A stretch of 58,653 nucleotides of DNA from a bacterium (GTDB lineage: Bacteria > Eisenbacteria > RBG-16-71-46). The DNA lies in NCBI GenBank assembly GCA_043779265.1, contig JAYWEM010000159.1:1-58653 (forward strand), given 5' to 3'. The notes beneath the pieces were generated by a model. It had not been told where the DNA came from and did no database searches. It saw nothing but the letters and a program-made list of their open reading frames with translations. A program made the translations under genes and the position numbers. Positions 41,871 through 51,005 of this stretch are shown in pieces; position 1 is the first letter of the stretch; the number at the start of each line of letters is the position of its first letter.

Positions 41871-42288
41871 GCGCAAGGGTATCGGGCCGGCGCAGGTCGC
41901 CATGGGGCTGCTCGCCGCCTTGGTGCTCGCGCTTTTCGGGTCGTGGTTGTGGGCGCGCTTCGGTCCGCGCGGGATCCCGCAGCGCAAGCAAGCCGAGCAC
42001 GTCGTGCGCGTCCAGGTGCTGAATGGCTCGGGCGAGTCCGGGATCGGGCTCCGGGTCGCCGCCTGGCTTCGCGATGGCGGCTTCCAGGTGACCGAGGTGC
42101 GCAATGCCGACCGTCAGGACTATTTCGCCTCGATGGTCGTGGCCCGCCGGGGTGACCTTTCCCTCGCGCACGAAGTGGCGCATTATCTTGGGGGTCCGCC
42201 GGTCATCCGCCAGGAGTGGGGTGACGAGTTGGCGGACGTCACGGTCGTGATCGGAAGCGACCGCAGTCGGCTGCAGCTCGCACCCTGA
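41860..42288 (+). CDS. Membrane-anchored LytR C-terminal-domain protein
   Basis: N-terminal TM, VQVLNGSG..G.G, NAD and DVTVVIGSD. Confidence 0.85.
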   Translation: MARKRKGIGPAQVAMGLLAALVLALFGSWLWARFGPRGIPQRKQAEHVVRVQVLNGSGESGIGLRVAAWLRDGGFQVTEVRNADRQDYFASMVVARRGDLSLAHEVAHYLGGPPVIRQEWGDELADVTVVIGSDRSRLQLAP

Positions 42289-42312
42289 GCCGCGGCGCAT
42301 CGGGAGGCAGAC

Positions 42313-42519
42313 GTGTTCGGTATGGGTGGGAACGAGATCTTCATCGTGCTGGCGATCGTGCTGCTGCTGTTCGGCCCGACGCAGATCCCCAAGATGGCGC
42401 GCGGCCTGGGACAGGCGATGCGCGAATTCCGCCGCGCCCATCGCGAAGTGCGCGACGAAGTGACGCGTGAGGACGACGAGACTCCCAAGTCGCCGGACTC
42501 GGGCAAGCCCGGTTCCTGA
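42313..42519 (+). CDS. tatA: Twin-arginine translocase TatA/TatE subunit
   Basis: MFGMG..E, LLLFGP, P.MARGLG and REF. GGGAGG RBS. Confidence 0.92.
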   Translation: MFGMGGNEIFIVLAIVLLLFGPTQIPKMARGLGQAMREFRRAHREVRDEVTREDDETPKSPDSGKPGS

Positions 42520-42541
42520 TCGCCAGAGCGCGCTTCGTAGA

Positions 42542-42582
42542 GCGACGGCCCGGCTCCTCGTGAAGAGGTGCCGGGCCGTCGT
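42542..42582. terminator. Probable bidirectional terminator hairpin between tatA and ppiD
   Basis: GCGACGGCCCGGC-T-CCTC GTGAA GAGG-T-GCCGGGCCGTCGT, lying between convergent stops. Confidence 0.7.
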
Positions 42583-42609
42583 CGTTCCGGTCCCGAGTGA
42601 GCCGATCGG

Positions 42610-44445
42610 CTAGTTGCGCTGATCCTCGATCTTCGCGTCCGCACGCAGGCGCGTGAAGAAGCCCTGGAAGAAGTTCTGCTGGCGGCGCTGAAGCAGGTCG
42701 GTGGTGATCTGCCCCTTCACCGTGCCATCGAGCAGAGAGTCCGAAGCCACCTCGACCGCATCGAGACGGGCGAAGAACCAGCCGCTCGGCGTGCGGATCG
42801 GGCCGAGCAACTGGCCCGGCTTGGCCGCGAACAGGGCGCCCTGCACCTCGGGTGAGGCGGCGAGGCGCTGATCGGGCTGCTGGCGCGTCATGGTGACCGG
42901 GGAGACCGCGAGTGCCTCGGCTTCGGCCACGGCCTCGAGGGACATCCCGGACTTGAGGGCCTCGGTGATCCGGTCCGCACGCGACTTGCTCAACTCGAGG
43001 CGAGCCTCGACGTCGGCGATCTGCTTGATCTGCTCAGCCACGTCCTTGCGGGCGGGGGACTGGCCGGCGGCGTACTGATGCGTGATCTGCAGGACGTGGA
43101 ACTCGTCGCTGCCGATGAACACCGCGCTCACGTCGTCCTCGTCGTGCGCGGTGGCCCACTCGGACGCGTCCGGCGCCTGGAACAGACTCTGCGGCGGATT
43201 CTGGTCGTTGAAGAAGCCCGTCTTCGTTGTGGTCAGGGCCTTCTCCGTGGCGGCCTTGGCGAGGCCACCCTCGCCGAGACTGGCGGCGCGGTCGCGAATC
43301 GTCTTGGCCGCCTTGTACTGCTCGCGCAGCGACTCATCGGCGATACGGATCTTGACCGTGAGCTGCGCGATCTTGACCGCGCGCGGGAAGGGAGGATTCA
43401 ACGCCAGTGAGTCCGTGGCGGGATCGAGGATCCGGACGACGAACACCTGGCCGCCTTCGCGGTAGGGCGGGATCACGTCGCCGGGTCGGCGCGCATCCAC
43501 CATCTGACCGAGTACGCCCAACTCGCTCGGGCTGAACCACCGATCGATCACGCCGCCGCGATCCGCGTTCGGTCCCTCGGAGTGGTCGCGCGCGAGCTGG
43601 TCGAACGGCTCGCCGCTCTTCCAGCGCTCGTGATACGAGGCCGCCATCTCCATCGCAACGCGGACGTCGTCCTCGGAGTAGGTGCGCGGGATGCTCAGCA
43701 CTTCGGCCTGTGTGCGAGCGCCCGAGACGAGACGGTCCTTGTATTTCTCATAGATGCGCTGGAGCGTCGCGTCGTCGCCCTTGCTGCGGCCGGTGTCAGC
43801 CGGCGGGACGTGCAGCACGCTGGCCGAGAAGCGATCGTAGCGATCGTGGAACGACCGCTTCAGCTCGGGCTCCGAGAGCTTGATCGAGGACAGCAGGCGC
43901 TCCTGCAGCTTGTTGATGGGCAGGATCTCTCTGCGCATGCGCGCTTCGTAGGGCGCCCAGTTCATCGCGGGATCCGCAAGCAACTGCTGGTAGCGCTGGA
44001 AGTCGAACTGCCCGTCCTTGCTGAACTCCGGGGCGGCCTGCACTTCGGGCGGCGGGATGCGGCGCACTCCGTCCAGCACCTCGTTGTCGGTGACGCGGAT
44101 GCCCGCGAGCTTGGACTGGGTCACGAACAGGCGCTGTGTGACGAGGTTGCGCCACGCTTGCTGCTCGACGGCCTTGAGATCGCGGTCGATCGGATCGGTG
44201 TTGAAGCGCTGGCGGTACTGCAGCCGCGCCTCGCCGACGGCGCGCTGGTACTCCGCCATCTTGATCGTCTCGCCGTTGACGATGCCGGCTGTTCCCTCCG
44301 CACCGGTCTGGTTCCCCGAGAGCGGGTCGCCGCCGACGGCTCCGATGAAATTGAAGCCGATGACGAACGTGAATGTCGTGACGATGATGAGCACCCACCA
44401 GATGACGGTCTTGCGACGACCACCGCCACGAAGATTTTCGAGCAT
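42610..44445 (-). CDS. PpiD/SurA-like membrane-anchored periplasmic chaperone (parvulin PPIase)
   Basis: MLENLR plus TM, VNGETI, GQFD..RY, FDQLARDHSE...RGG, GPIRT..GW and AKIED. Confidence 0.85.
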   Translation of the reverse strand: MLENLRGGGRRKTVIWWVLIIVTTFTFVIGFNFIGAVGGDPLSGNQTGAEGTAGIVNGETIKMAEYQRAVGEARLQYRQRFNTDPIDRDLKAVEQQAWRNLVTQRLFVTQSKLAGIRVTDNEVLDGVRRIPPPEVQAAPEFSKDGQFDFQRYQQLLADPAMNWAPYEARMRREILPINKLQERLLSSIKLSEPELKRSFHDRYDRFSASVLHVPPADTGRSKGDDATLQRIYEKYKDRLVSGARTQAEVLSIPRTYSEDDVRVAMEMAASYHERWKSGEPFDQLARDHSEGPNADRGGVIDRWFSPSELGVLGQMVDARRPGDVIPPYREGGQVFVVRILDPATDSLALNPPFPRAVKIAQLTVKIRIADESLREQYKAAKTIRDRAASLGEGGLAKAATEKALTTTKTGFFNDQNPPQSLFQAPDASEWATAHDEDDVSAVFIGSDEFHVLQITHQYAAGQSPARKDVAEQIKQIADVEARLELSKSRADRITEALKSGMSLEAVAEAEALAVSPVTMTRQQPDQRLAASPEVQGALFAAKPGQLLGPIRTPSGWFFARLDAVEVASDSLLDGTVKGQITTDLLQRRQQNFFQGFFTRLRADAKIEDQRN

Positions 44446-44686
44446 CGGGACTCCCAGTAGCGGATCGGATCCGGAGAGGACAGGTCGGGTAGACGGAGAC
44501 GAGCCGGGGAGTCTACCAGTGCGCCCGCGTGCCGGCCAACCTTCGGATACCGGACGAGGCGGCGGGCGGCCGGCATGCTGGAAGGCGTGGAAGTCGTTGC
44601 GGCTGTGTGCTAATCATGACGACAGGGCGCGCCACGGAATCCTGGCGAGCCGCCCCTGATCCGCGCCATCCGCGAGGGAACGCTCC

Positions 44687-45787
44687 GTGCGCACAGACGT
44701 CGTCCAACGCCCCTCAGAACCCGAGACGCCCGAACGGCCCGCCCCGGGCCCGGCGCTCGTCCTCGATGCGCTCGAGGAGGGGGTCATCGCCTTCGATCGC
44801 GAGCGTCGCGTCGCTTACGCCAATCGGCGGATAGAGGAGTTGATGAGCGTCGAGCCGGGCGCACTGCACGGGCTGCCGGGGAATCGCGTGTTCCCGGGCG
44901 CCGAGGCGCGCTGGCTGCGCGGCACGATCCGTGAAACGCGCGAGTTCCGCATCGAGACCGAAGGGCGAGACCTGACCTTGCGCGCCGAGTCGTTGCCGAT
45001 CCGCGACGAGGAAGGTGAAGTCGTGGGCTCGGTCGTACTGGCGGACGCCATCTCCGAGACCGAGGATGGCGAGTTCCAGAAGAAGATCGACCGCCTCGTC
45101 TCGCTCGGCGAGCTCTCGGCCTACGTCGCCCACGAGATCCGCAATCCGCTCACCGGCATCCGCACGACCGTCCAGTTCGTCGCCTCGCGCTTCAAGCCGC
45201 GCGATCCGCGCCGCGAGGACCTCGACGATGTGCTGCAGGAGCTGGACCGCATCGAGCAGATCATCACCGGACTCCTTCTGTTCGCGCGGCCGCCCCAGGC
45301 CAAGCCGCAGCTGTGCGGGCTCCACCCGGTGCTCGAACGCACGCTCGACCTGCTGGGGCCCCAGTGCGAGGACGCCCAGGTCACCGTCACGCGCGAGTTC
45401 GCCGAGGAGCTGCCGCTGGTCTACGCCGACCCCGACCTCATGCAGCAGGTGTTCCTCAACCTCTGCCTCAACGCCATCCAGGCGATGCCCGAGGGCGGCG
45501 CGCTCACGATCACGACCGGCGTGCGCCGCTATCGGACGCGCCGCTCGCTCGTCGACGTCTCGATCCGCGACAGCGGGCTCGGCATCCCGCGCGACCTGAT
45601 GGAGAAGATCTTCGACCCGTTCTTCACGACACGTTCGATGGGCACGGGTCTCGGGCTGCCGATCTCCTCGCAGATCCTCCGCGATTCGGGTGGAGTCATC
45701 ACCGCCAAGAACAACTCGGGGGGCGGGGCCACGCTGCGCGTGTCGCTGCCGATGCCGGCCGAATCCTCGAGCCGGTCCGAGGAGTGA
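44687..45787 (+). CDS. Cytoplasmic PAS-domain sensor histidine kinase (NtrB-like)
   Basis: PAS start LDALEEGVIAFD...YAN, H-box AHEIRNPL, QVFLNL..NA, DSGLGI, FDPFFTT and GTGLGL. No TM segment. Confidence 0.92.
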   Translation: MRTDVVQRPSEPETPERPAPGPALVLDALEEGVIAFDRERRVAYANRRIEELMSVEPGALHGLPGNRVFPGAEARWLRGTIRETREFRIETEGRDLTLRAESLPIRDEEGEVVGSVVLADAISETEDGEFQKKIDRLVSLGELSAYVAHEIRNPLTGIRTTVQFVASRFKPRDPRREDLDDVLQELDRIEQIITGLLLFARPPQAKPQLCGLHPVLERTLDLLGPQCEDAQVTVTREFAEELPLVYADPDLMQQVFLNLCLNAIQAMPEGGALTITTGVRRYRTRRSLVDVSIRDSGLGIPRDLMEKIFDPFFTTRSMGTGLGLPISSQILRDSGGVITAKNNSGGGATLRVSLPMPAESSSRSEE

Positions 45788-47184
45788 GCGTGAAGACCAC
45801 GGTCCTCGTCGTCGACGACGAGCTGCTCATCCGCAAGTCGCTCGGGAAAGTGCTGCGCGCACGCGGCTACACGGTCGATCTCGCCTCCAATGGCCGAGAA
45901 GGACTCGAGAAGGTCCGCGAACTCAGGCCCCAGGTCATGATCCTCGACATGCGCCTGCCGGACACCGATGGCCTCTCGGTCCTTCAGCAGGCTCGAGCCC
46001 TCGATCCGCTCCTGCAGGTCATCATCATCACGGCCTATGGCGACGTTCAGACCGCGGTCGACGCCATGAAGCATGGAGCCTGCGACTTCGTCCGCAAGCC
46101 CTACGAGCTCGAGGACATCGCGCTCGCCGTCGAGTCGGCCCAGCGGCATTTCAAGCAGGCGAATGAGCTCGACCTCTACCGGCGGCGTGCCTGGCAGCAC
46201 GACACGGGGGAGGAGATCATCGGGAGGTCCGAGCCCATGCAGGAGGTCCGGCGCCTCATCGACAAGGTCGTGAGGAGCAAAGCGACCTCGGTGCTGATCA
46301 CAGGTGAGTCGGGAACCGGCAAGGAACTGGTCGCTCGCGCCATCCATTACCGCAGCGATCGGGCCCAGGCGCCGCTGATGGAGGTGAACTGCTCCTCGTT
46401 CCAGGAGAGCCTGCTCGAGAACGAGCTGTTCGGTCACGAGAAGGGCGCGTTCACGGACGCGACCGACACCAAGAAGGGGCTGGTGGAGCTGTGCGACGGT
46501 GGCACGCTGTTCCTCGACGAGGTCGCGGACATGCCCCTGCCGACGCAGGCCAAGCTGTTGCGGTTCATCGATCACCGCAATTTCAAGCGAGTTGGCGGCG
46601 CGCATGACATCAGCGTCGACATCCGCATCGTCGCGGCCACGAACAAGCACGTCGAGGAGGAGGTCCGCTCGGGGCGTTTCCGCGGCGACCTGTTCTTCCG
46701 CCTGAAGGTCGTGGGCATCGAGCTGCCGGCACTTCGCGAACGCGGCGAGGACGTGTTGTCGATCGCCCGGCACTTCGTCGAGGAGTTCGCGCACAAGTTC
46801 CAGAAGGACTTCGCCGACATCTCGCCCGAGGCCGAGCGATTGATGCTCGACTACAGTTGGCCGGGCAACGTGCGTGAGCTGAGGAATTTGATCGAGCGCG
46901 TCGTGCTGCTCGAGGAGGGCGATGTGATCGAGCCCGACCTCCTGCCACCCGAACTGCTCGGCCGCCGAGGCCAGCCCGCACTCCTGGGGGTGTCACCCAT
47001 GCGCGACGCGCTCACGCTGCCGACGCTCGCGCAGATCGAGGCGGACCACATCAGCGAAGTGCTGCGACGCACCGCGGGGAATAAATCGCGCGCAGCGCGC
47101 ATCCTCGGCATCTCGAGGCAGGGACTCATCGAGAAGGTGCGACGCATGCGCATCGAAGAGGCGGAAGAACGTCCAGTCTCTTGA
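45784..47184 (+). CDS. Sigma54-dependent response regulator (REC, AAA+, Fis-type HTH)
   Basis: [46 protein letters not shown] and [18 protein letters not shown]-coupled (alternative GTG at 45790). Confidence 0.95.
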   Translation: MSVKTTVLVVDDELLIRKSLGKVLRARGYTVDLASNGREGLEKVRELRPQVMILDMRLPDTDGLSVLQQARALDPLLQVIIITAYGDVQTAVDAMKHGACDFVRKPYELEDIALAVESAQRHFKQANELDLYRRRAWQHDTGEEIIGRSEPMQEVRRLIDKVVRSKATSVLITGESGTGKELVARAIHYRSDRAQAPLMEVNCSSFQESLLENELFGHEKGAFTDATDTKKGLVELCDGGTLFLDEVADMPLPTQAKLLRFIDHRNFKRVGGAHDISVDIRIVAATNKHVEEEVRSGRFRGDLFFRLKVVGIELPALRERGEDVLSIARHFVEEFAHKFQKDFADISPEAERLMLDYSWPGNVRELRNLIERVVLLEEGDVIEPDLLPPELLGRRGQPALLGVSPMRDALTLPTLAQIEADHISEVLRRTAGNKSRAARILGISRQGLIEKVRRMRIEEAEERPVS

Positions 47185-47276
47185 CAGTGTCCATGAAACA
47201 GACACTGAGTCGCATCATGTTCGCGTGCAATGACTTGCGATGAGGCGAGCGCGTAAGAGTCCAGTTAATGGACACT
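47171..47276. promoter_or_regulatory. Three GTCCA-N7-GACA dyad sites (candidate enhancer/UAS)
   Basis: GTCCAGTCTCTTGACA (47171-47186), GTCCATGAAACAGACA (47189-47204) and GTCCAGTTAATGGACA (47259-47274), each followed by GT or CT. Confidence 0.65.
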
Positions 47277-47397
47277 TAGCTCGGGTCGAACAAGTCGATC
47301 ACGGACAGTTGAGAGCCCGGTGCGAACCCATCGCATCGGGCTCTTCTCGTTGTGCGACAAGAGGTTGAGTGGTTCGTAGTCGCGCCGCTCACTCGAG

Positions 47398-47413
47398 TGG
47401 CACGGTCCGTGCA
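47398..47413 (+). promoter_or_regulatory. Sigma54 (-24/-12) promoter
   Basis: TGGCACGGTCCGTGCA versus consensus TGGCACG-N4-TTGCW: exact GG-N10-GC spacing and one mismatch. Confidence 0.8.
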
Positions 47414-47503
47414 CGTATAGGTCTGCGAGGCGCGAAGCGCGCGCCGATGAATTTGGATCTTTGCTGAGGCACTACGTCCAGCTTGGAGGAGGTGATCTCT
47501 ACC

Positions 47504-47572
47504 ATGGCTGCCAAGAAGAAGGCTGCGAAGAAGAAGGTCACGAAGAAGAAGGCCGCGAAGAAGAAGAAGTAA
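47504..47572 (+). CDS. 22-aa lysine-rich micropeptide MAAKKKAAKKKVTKKKAAKKKK (histone H1-tail-like)
   Basis: ATG...TAA preceded by GGAGGAGGTGATC, which carries an 11-nt match to the canonical anti-SD. Own sigma54 promoter upstream and hairpin downstream. Too short for the ORF track. Confidence 0.85.
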   Translation: MAAKKKAAKKKVTKKKAAKKKK

Positions 47573-47597
47573 CCGGTTCTCTGGACCTGGCACGTCC

Positions 47598-47641
47598 TGA
47601 AGGGCGGGTCGGCTCACGCCGGCTCGCCCTTCATCCATTTT
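47598..47641 (+). terminator. Terminator-like hairpin after the micropeptide
   Basis: TGAAGGGCGGGTCGGC-TCAC-GCCGGCTCGCCCTTCA (16 bp, two G-U pairs) followed by TCCATTTT. Confidence 0.65.
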
Positions 47642-47827
47642 CGATTCACGAAGTCTGCGTTCCGATCGAGGGGAATCGCGCTCATGGATCGAGCTGCGAC
47701 CTTCGGTCCTGCGCGGCGACCCGCGCACGGAGGCCCGGGTCGCCCGCGCTCTTGCCGATGCCGACGCGCGGCGCGAGGATGCCGAGGACCCGCATCCCCC
47801 AGTTCCCACCCGCATCCTCGAGCGCCC

Positions 47828-50605
47828 GTGTCCCCTGATCCCCAGCCTGTCATCCGCATCCGTGGCGCCCGCCAGCACAACCTTCGTGGCTTCGACGTCG
47901 ACATCCCGCGGGGCGGCCTCACGGTGATCACGGGTGTCTCGGGCAGTGGCAAGTCCTCGCTGGCGTTCGACACGCTCTACGCTGAGGGCCAGCGCCGCTA
48001 CGTCGAGTCGGTGTCGACCTACGCCAAGCAGTTCCTCGATCGCCTGCCGCGCCCCGACGTGGACTCGATCACCGGCCTGACCCCGGCCGTGAGCATCCAA
48101 CAGGTGGCGCCGACTCGCAGCGCGCGCTCGACCGTGGGCACGTCGACCGAAGTGCATGACCATCTGCGACTTCTGTTCGCCCGGCTGGGCGTGGTGCACT
48201 GCACCGGCTGCGGGGAGGCCATTCGCGTCGATTCACCCGCGTCGATCGCCGCCGAAGCGATCGCGTGGGAGCCGGGGGCACGCGTGACCGTGCTGGCCCC
48301 GCTGGCGCTCTCGCCCCGCTTCACCTGGGAGCAGCAGGCGGAGCATCTGATGAGTGCGGGCTTTACGCGCATCTGGCTGCAGGGGGAGCCGGTGGCACTC
48401 GAGCCGCTCCCCAAGCTCAAGCGCGGCACCTCGAGCGTGGATCTCGTCGCGGATCGATTCCGCTGGGAGAGCGACGAGGGCACGCGGCTCGCGGAGGCCT
48501 GCGAGCAGGCCTTCCGACGGGGCGATGGCCGACTGCTGCTCGTCGTGGGGGATGGGGCCGAGCCGTCGGCGCGCAGTGAGCGCTGGGCGTGCAACGCCTG
48601 CGGCGTGCCCGCCATGAGACCCGAACCGGCCCTGTTCTCATTCAACAGTCCGCTCGGCGTGTGCCCGGAGTGCCGAGGGTTCGGTGACGTGCTGACGTTC
48701 ACCTTGGACCTCATCGTCCCCGATCGGTCCAAGTCGCTCGAAGCCGGCGCGCTCGATCCGTGGGCGCGCACGTGGCGCAAGACCATGTGGCCGAAACTCC
48801 AGGCCTTCGCCGACGAGCATGGGATCGACGTGCACGCACCGTGGTCACGGCTGAGCGAGGAGCATCGTGGCTGGCTGCTCTCGGGACACGAGAAGTTCCG
48901 CGGCGTGATGGGGTTCCTCGAGCGGCTTCAGAAGAAGAGCTACAAGGCGGGCAATCGCTTCATCATCAAGCGCTACCAGAGTCCCAGGCGCTGCAGTGGC
49001 TGTGGCGGCGCACGCCTGCGGCCCGAGGCGCTCTCGGTGAGACTCGGCAGCCGCACGATCAGCGAGGTCACGGCGATGCCCGTGCGATATGCGCTCGCGT
49101 TCTTCGAGGGGCTCACGCTCGACGATCGCCAGCGCGCGATCGCCGCCACGCCGCTCGGCGAAGTGTGTTCGCGCCTGCGATTCCTGCAGCGGGTCGACCT
49201 CGGCTATCTGACCCTGGATCGCCCGATGCGGACGCTGTCCGGAGGCGAGGCGCAACGCATCGAACTCGCGAACGCACTGGGCGCCGATCTGGCCGACACG
49301 CTCTACGTGCTCGATGAGCCGACGGTGGGGTTGCACCCGAGGGACACCGACACGCTGCTCGGCATCCTGCGTGAGTTGGCGTCGCGCGGGAACACGCTCG
49401 TCGTGGTGGAGCACGAGCCGTTGGTGATCCGAGCGGCGACGCACCTGATCGACCTCGGTCCGGGTGCGGGTCGCATGGGAGGCGAGTTGCTGTACGCCGG
49501 GCCCGCGGCCGCGCTGGCCCAGGTGAAGGGCTCGGTGACCGGCGACTATCTGACGGGCCGACGCGAGGTGAGCCGCGAGCGGCGCGAGGGCGAGCCCGAG
49601 GGATTCGTGACCGTGGAGGGGGCGACCCACCACAACCTGCAGAATGTGACGGCGCGCTTCCCACTCGGCCGCATGACGGCGGTGACCGGCGTCTCGGGCT
49701 CGGGCAAGTCGAGCCTCGTCGAGGATGTGCTCGTGCGAGTGGCGCTGCGCCACTTCGAGGGCCGCGAGGATGAGCCGGTCGGCGCCCACCGCGCCGTCCA
49801 CGGGCTCGAAGCGCTGAAGCGCGTGGTGCTGGTCGACCAGTCGCCGATCGGCCGCACTCCGAGGAGCTGCCCGGTCACCTACATGGGTGCCTACGCCGCG
49901 CTTCGCGAGGCGTTCGCCCGGCAGCCGGCCGCGATGGCGCGCGGGCTCAAGGACGGGGCGTTCTCGTTCAACACCGAGGGTGGCCGCTGTGAACACTGCC
50001 AGGGCGCGGGCTGGGTGAGCGTCGAGATGTACTTCCTCGCCGACCTCAGCGTTCCGTGCGAGGTGTGCATGGGCTCTCGCTTCCGCCCCGAGGTGCTCGA
50101 GGTGCGCTACCGCGGCAAGGACATTCGCGACGTGCTCGCGATGTCGGTGGACGAGGCGTTCGAGCACTTCGCCCAGGAGCCCCGATTCACGCGCGCGCTC
50201 CACGTGCTGCGCCGCGTCGGCTTGGGCTACCTGCACCTCGGGCAGCCCGCGAATCAGTTGTCGGGCGGTGAGGCGCAGCGACTGAAGGTGGCGCGCGAGT
50301 TGGGTGAGCGCAGCGGCGGCCCCGCGCTCTACGTGTTGGACGAGCCCACCGTCGGCTTGCACTGGGCCGATGTGCAGCGGCTTCTCGAAGTGCTCGATGA
50401 TCTGGTGCGGCGCGGGGATACCGTCGTGCTGGTGGAGCACAATCTCGATGTCATCCGCAATTGCGACTGGTTGGTGGATCTGGGCCCCGAGGGTGGCGAA
50501 GGGGGAGGCCGACTGTTGGCCGAGGGTCCGCCCGAGACGATCGCCGCCTGCGAGCCCTCACAAACCGGTCGTTACCTGAGGTCGGCAGCCGGCGTGAAGC
50601 GATGA
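47828..50605 (+). CDS. uvrA: Excinuclease ABC subunit A (possibly a second paralog)
   Basis: GARQHNL, two GVSGSGKSS Walker A motifs, EGQRRYVES, FSFNS, CxxC zinc fingers, LSGGEAQR twice and LDEPT twice. GTG start. Confidence 0.95.
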   Translation: MSPDPQPVIRIRGARQHNLRGFDVDIPRGGLTVITGVSGSGKSSLAFDTLYAEGQRRYVESVSTYAKQFLDRLPRPDVDSITGLTPAVSIQQVAPTRSARSTVGTSTEVHDHLRLLFARLGVVHCTGCGEAIRVDSPASIAAEAIAWEPGARVTVLAPLALSPRFTWEQQAEHLMSAGFTRIWLQGEPVALEPLPKLKRGTSSVDLVADRFRWESDEGTRLAEACEQAFRRGDGRLLLVVGDGAEPSARSERWACNACGVPAMRPEPALFSFNSPLGVCPECRGFGDVLTFTLDLIVPDRSKSLEAGALDPWARTWRKTMWPKLQAFADEHGIDVHAPWSRLSEEHRGWLLSGHEKFRGVMGFLERLQKKSYKAGNRFIIKRYQSPRRCSGCGGARLRPEALSVRLGSRTISEVTAMPVRYALAFFEGLTLDDRQRAIAATPLGEVCSRLRFLQRVDLGYLTLDRPMRTLSGGEAQRIELANALGADLADTLYVLDEPTVGLHPRDTDTLLGILRELASRGNTLVVVEHEPLVIRAATHLIDLGPGAGRMGGELLYAGPAAALAQVKGSVTGDYLTGRREVSRERREGEPEGFVTVEGATHHNLQNVTARFPLGRMTAVTGVSGSGKSSLVEDVLVRVALRHFEGREDEPVGAHRAVHGLEALKRVVLVDQSPIGRTPRSCPVTYMGAYAALREAFARQPAAMARGLKDGAFSFNTEGGRCEHCQGAGWVSVEMYFLADLSVPCEVCMGSRFRPEVLEVRYRGKDIRDVLAMSVDEAFEHFAQEPRFTRALHVLRRVGLGYLHLGQPANQLSGGEAQRLKVARELGERSGGPALYVLDEPTVGLHWADVQRLLEVLDDLVRRGDTVVLVEHNLDVIRNCDWLVDLGPEGGEGGGRLLAEGPPETIAACEPSQTGRYLRSAAGVKR

Positions 50606-50684
50606 AACCCGGGCGTCCGCCACGCAGGCAGGCCCCGGAAACTGGAACGAATGCGGTCCGCGGTGGACCCGGAAGGAGAGCCCC

Positions 50685-50918
50685 ATGGCCACACGAGTGA
50701 AGCGCCGCAAGCGGGACATCGAGCGCGATTACCCCACGGCGCGGTTCGTCGCCAAGTTGAGACGCCTCGCGGACTGTCTCGAGAAGGGGAGTCGTTTCAG
50801 CATCCAGGTGGCGGGCGAGCGCATCGTCGTGCCGGCCGATGCGGTCATCAGCATCGAACACGAGCGAGGCGCCTCTCAGGAGGAACTCGAGTTCCAGCTG
50901 CGGTGGAAGCCGGCCTGA
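50685..50918 (+). CDS. Amphi-Trp domain small protein
   Basis: AKLRRLAD amphipathic helix, IEHER and ELEFQLRW C-terminal Trp. AAGGAG RBS. Confidence 0.8.
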   Translation: MATRVKRRKRDIERDYPTARFVAKLRRLADCLEKGSRFSIQVAGERIVVPADAVISIEHERGASQEELEFQLRWKPA

Positions 50919-51005
50919 GGAGGGCGGCAGGCGAAGGGCGGCAACGGCGCGCCCCTGAAACACCCCCCTCGCACCGCGCCATGCGACCGGATAGCCTGCG
51001 ACTTC

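Noticed and set aside
47513..47569. (AAG)n 15-nt periodic repeat as a microsatellite or CRISPR-like array
   Set aside because: There are no spacers or cas genes, and the periodicity is explained by the xxKKK coding pattern.
47588..47603. TGGCACG after the micropeptide as a second sigma54 promoter for uvrA
   Set aside because: No -12 GC at the required spacing.
47461..47838. 125-aa ORF with EEG repeats, and the antisense 307-aa ORF with Leu runs (47276-48199)
   Set aside because: Both are shifted or antisense readings of the AAG-rich micropeptide. The strong SD is spaced for the ATG at 47504.
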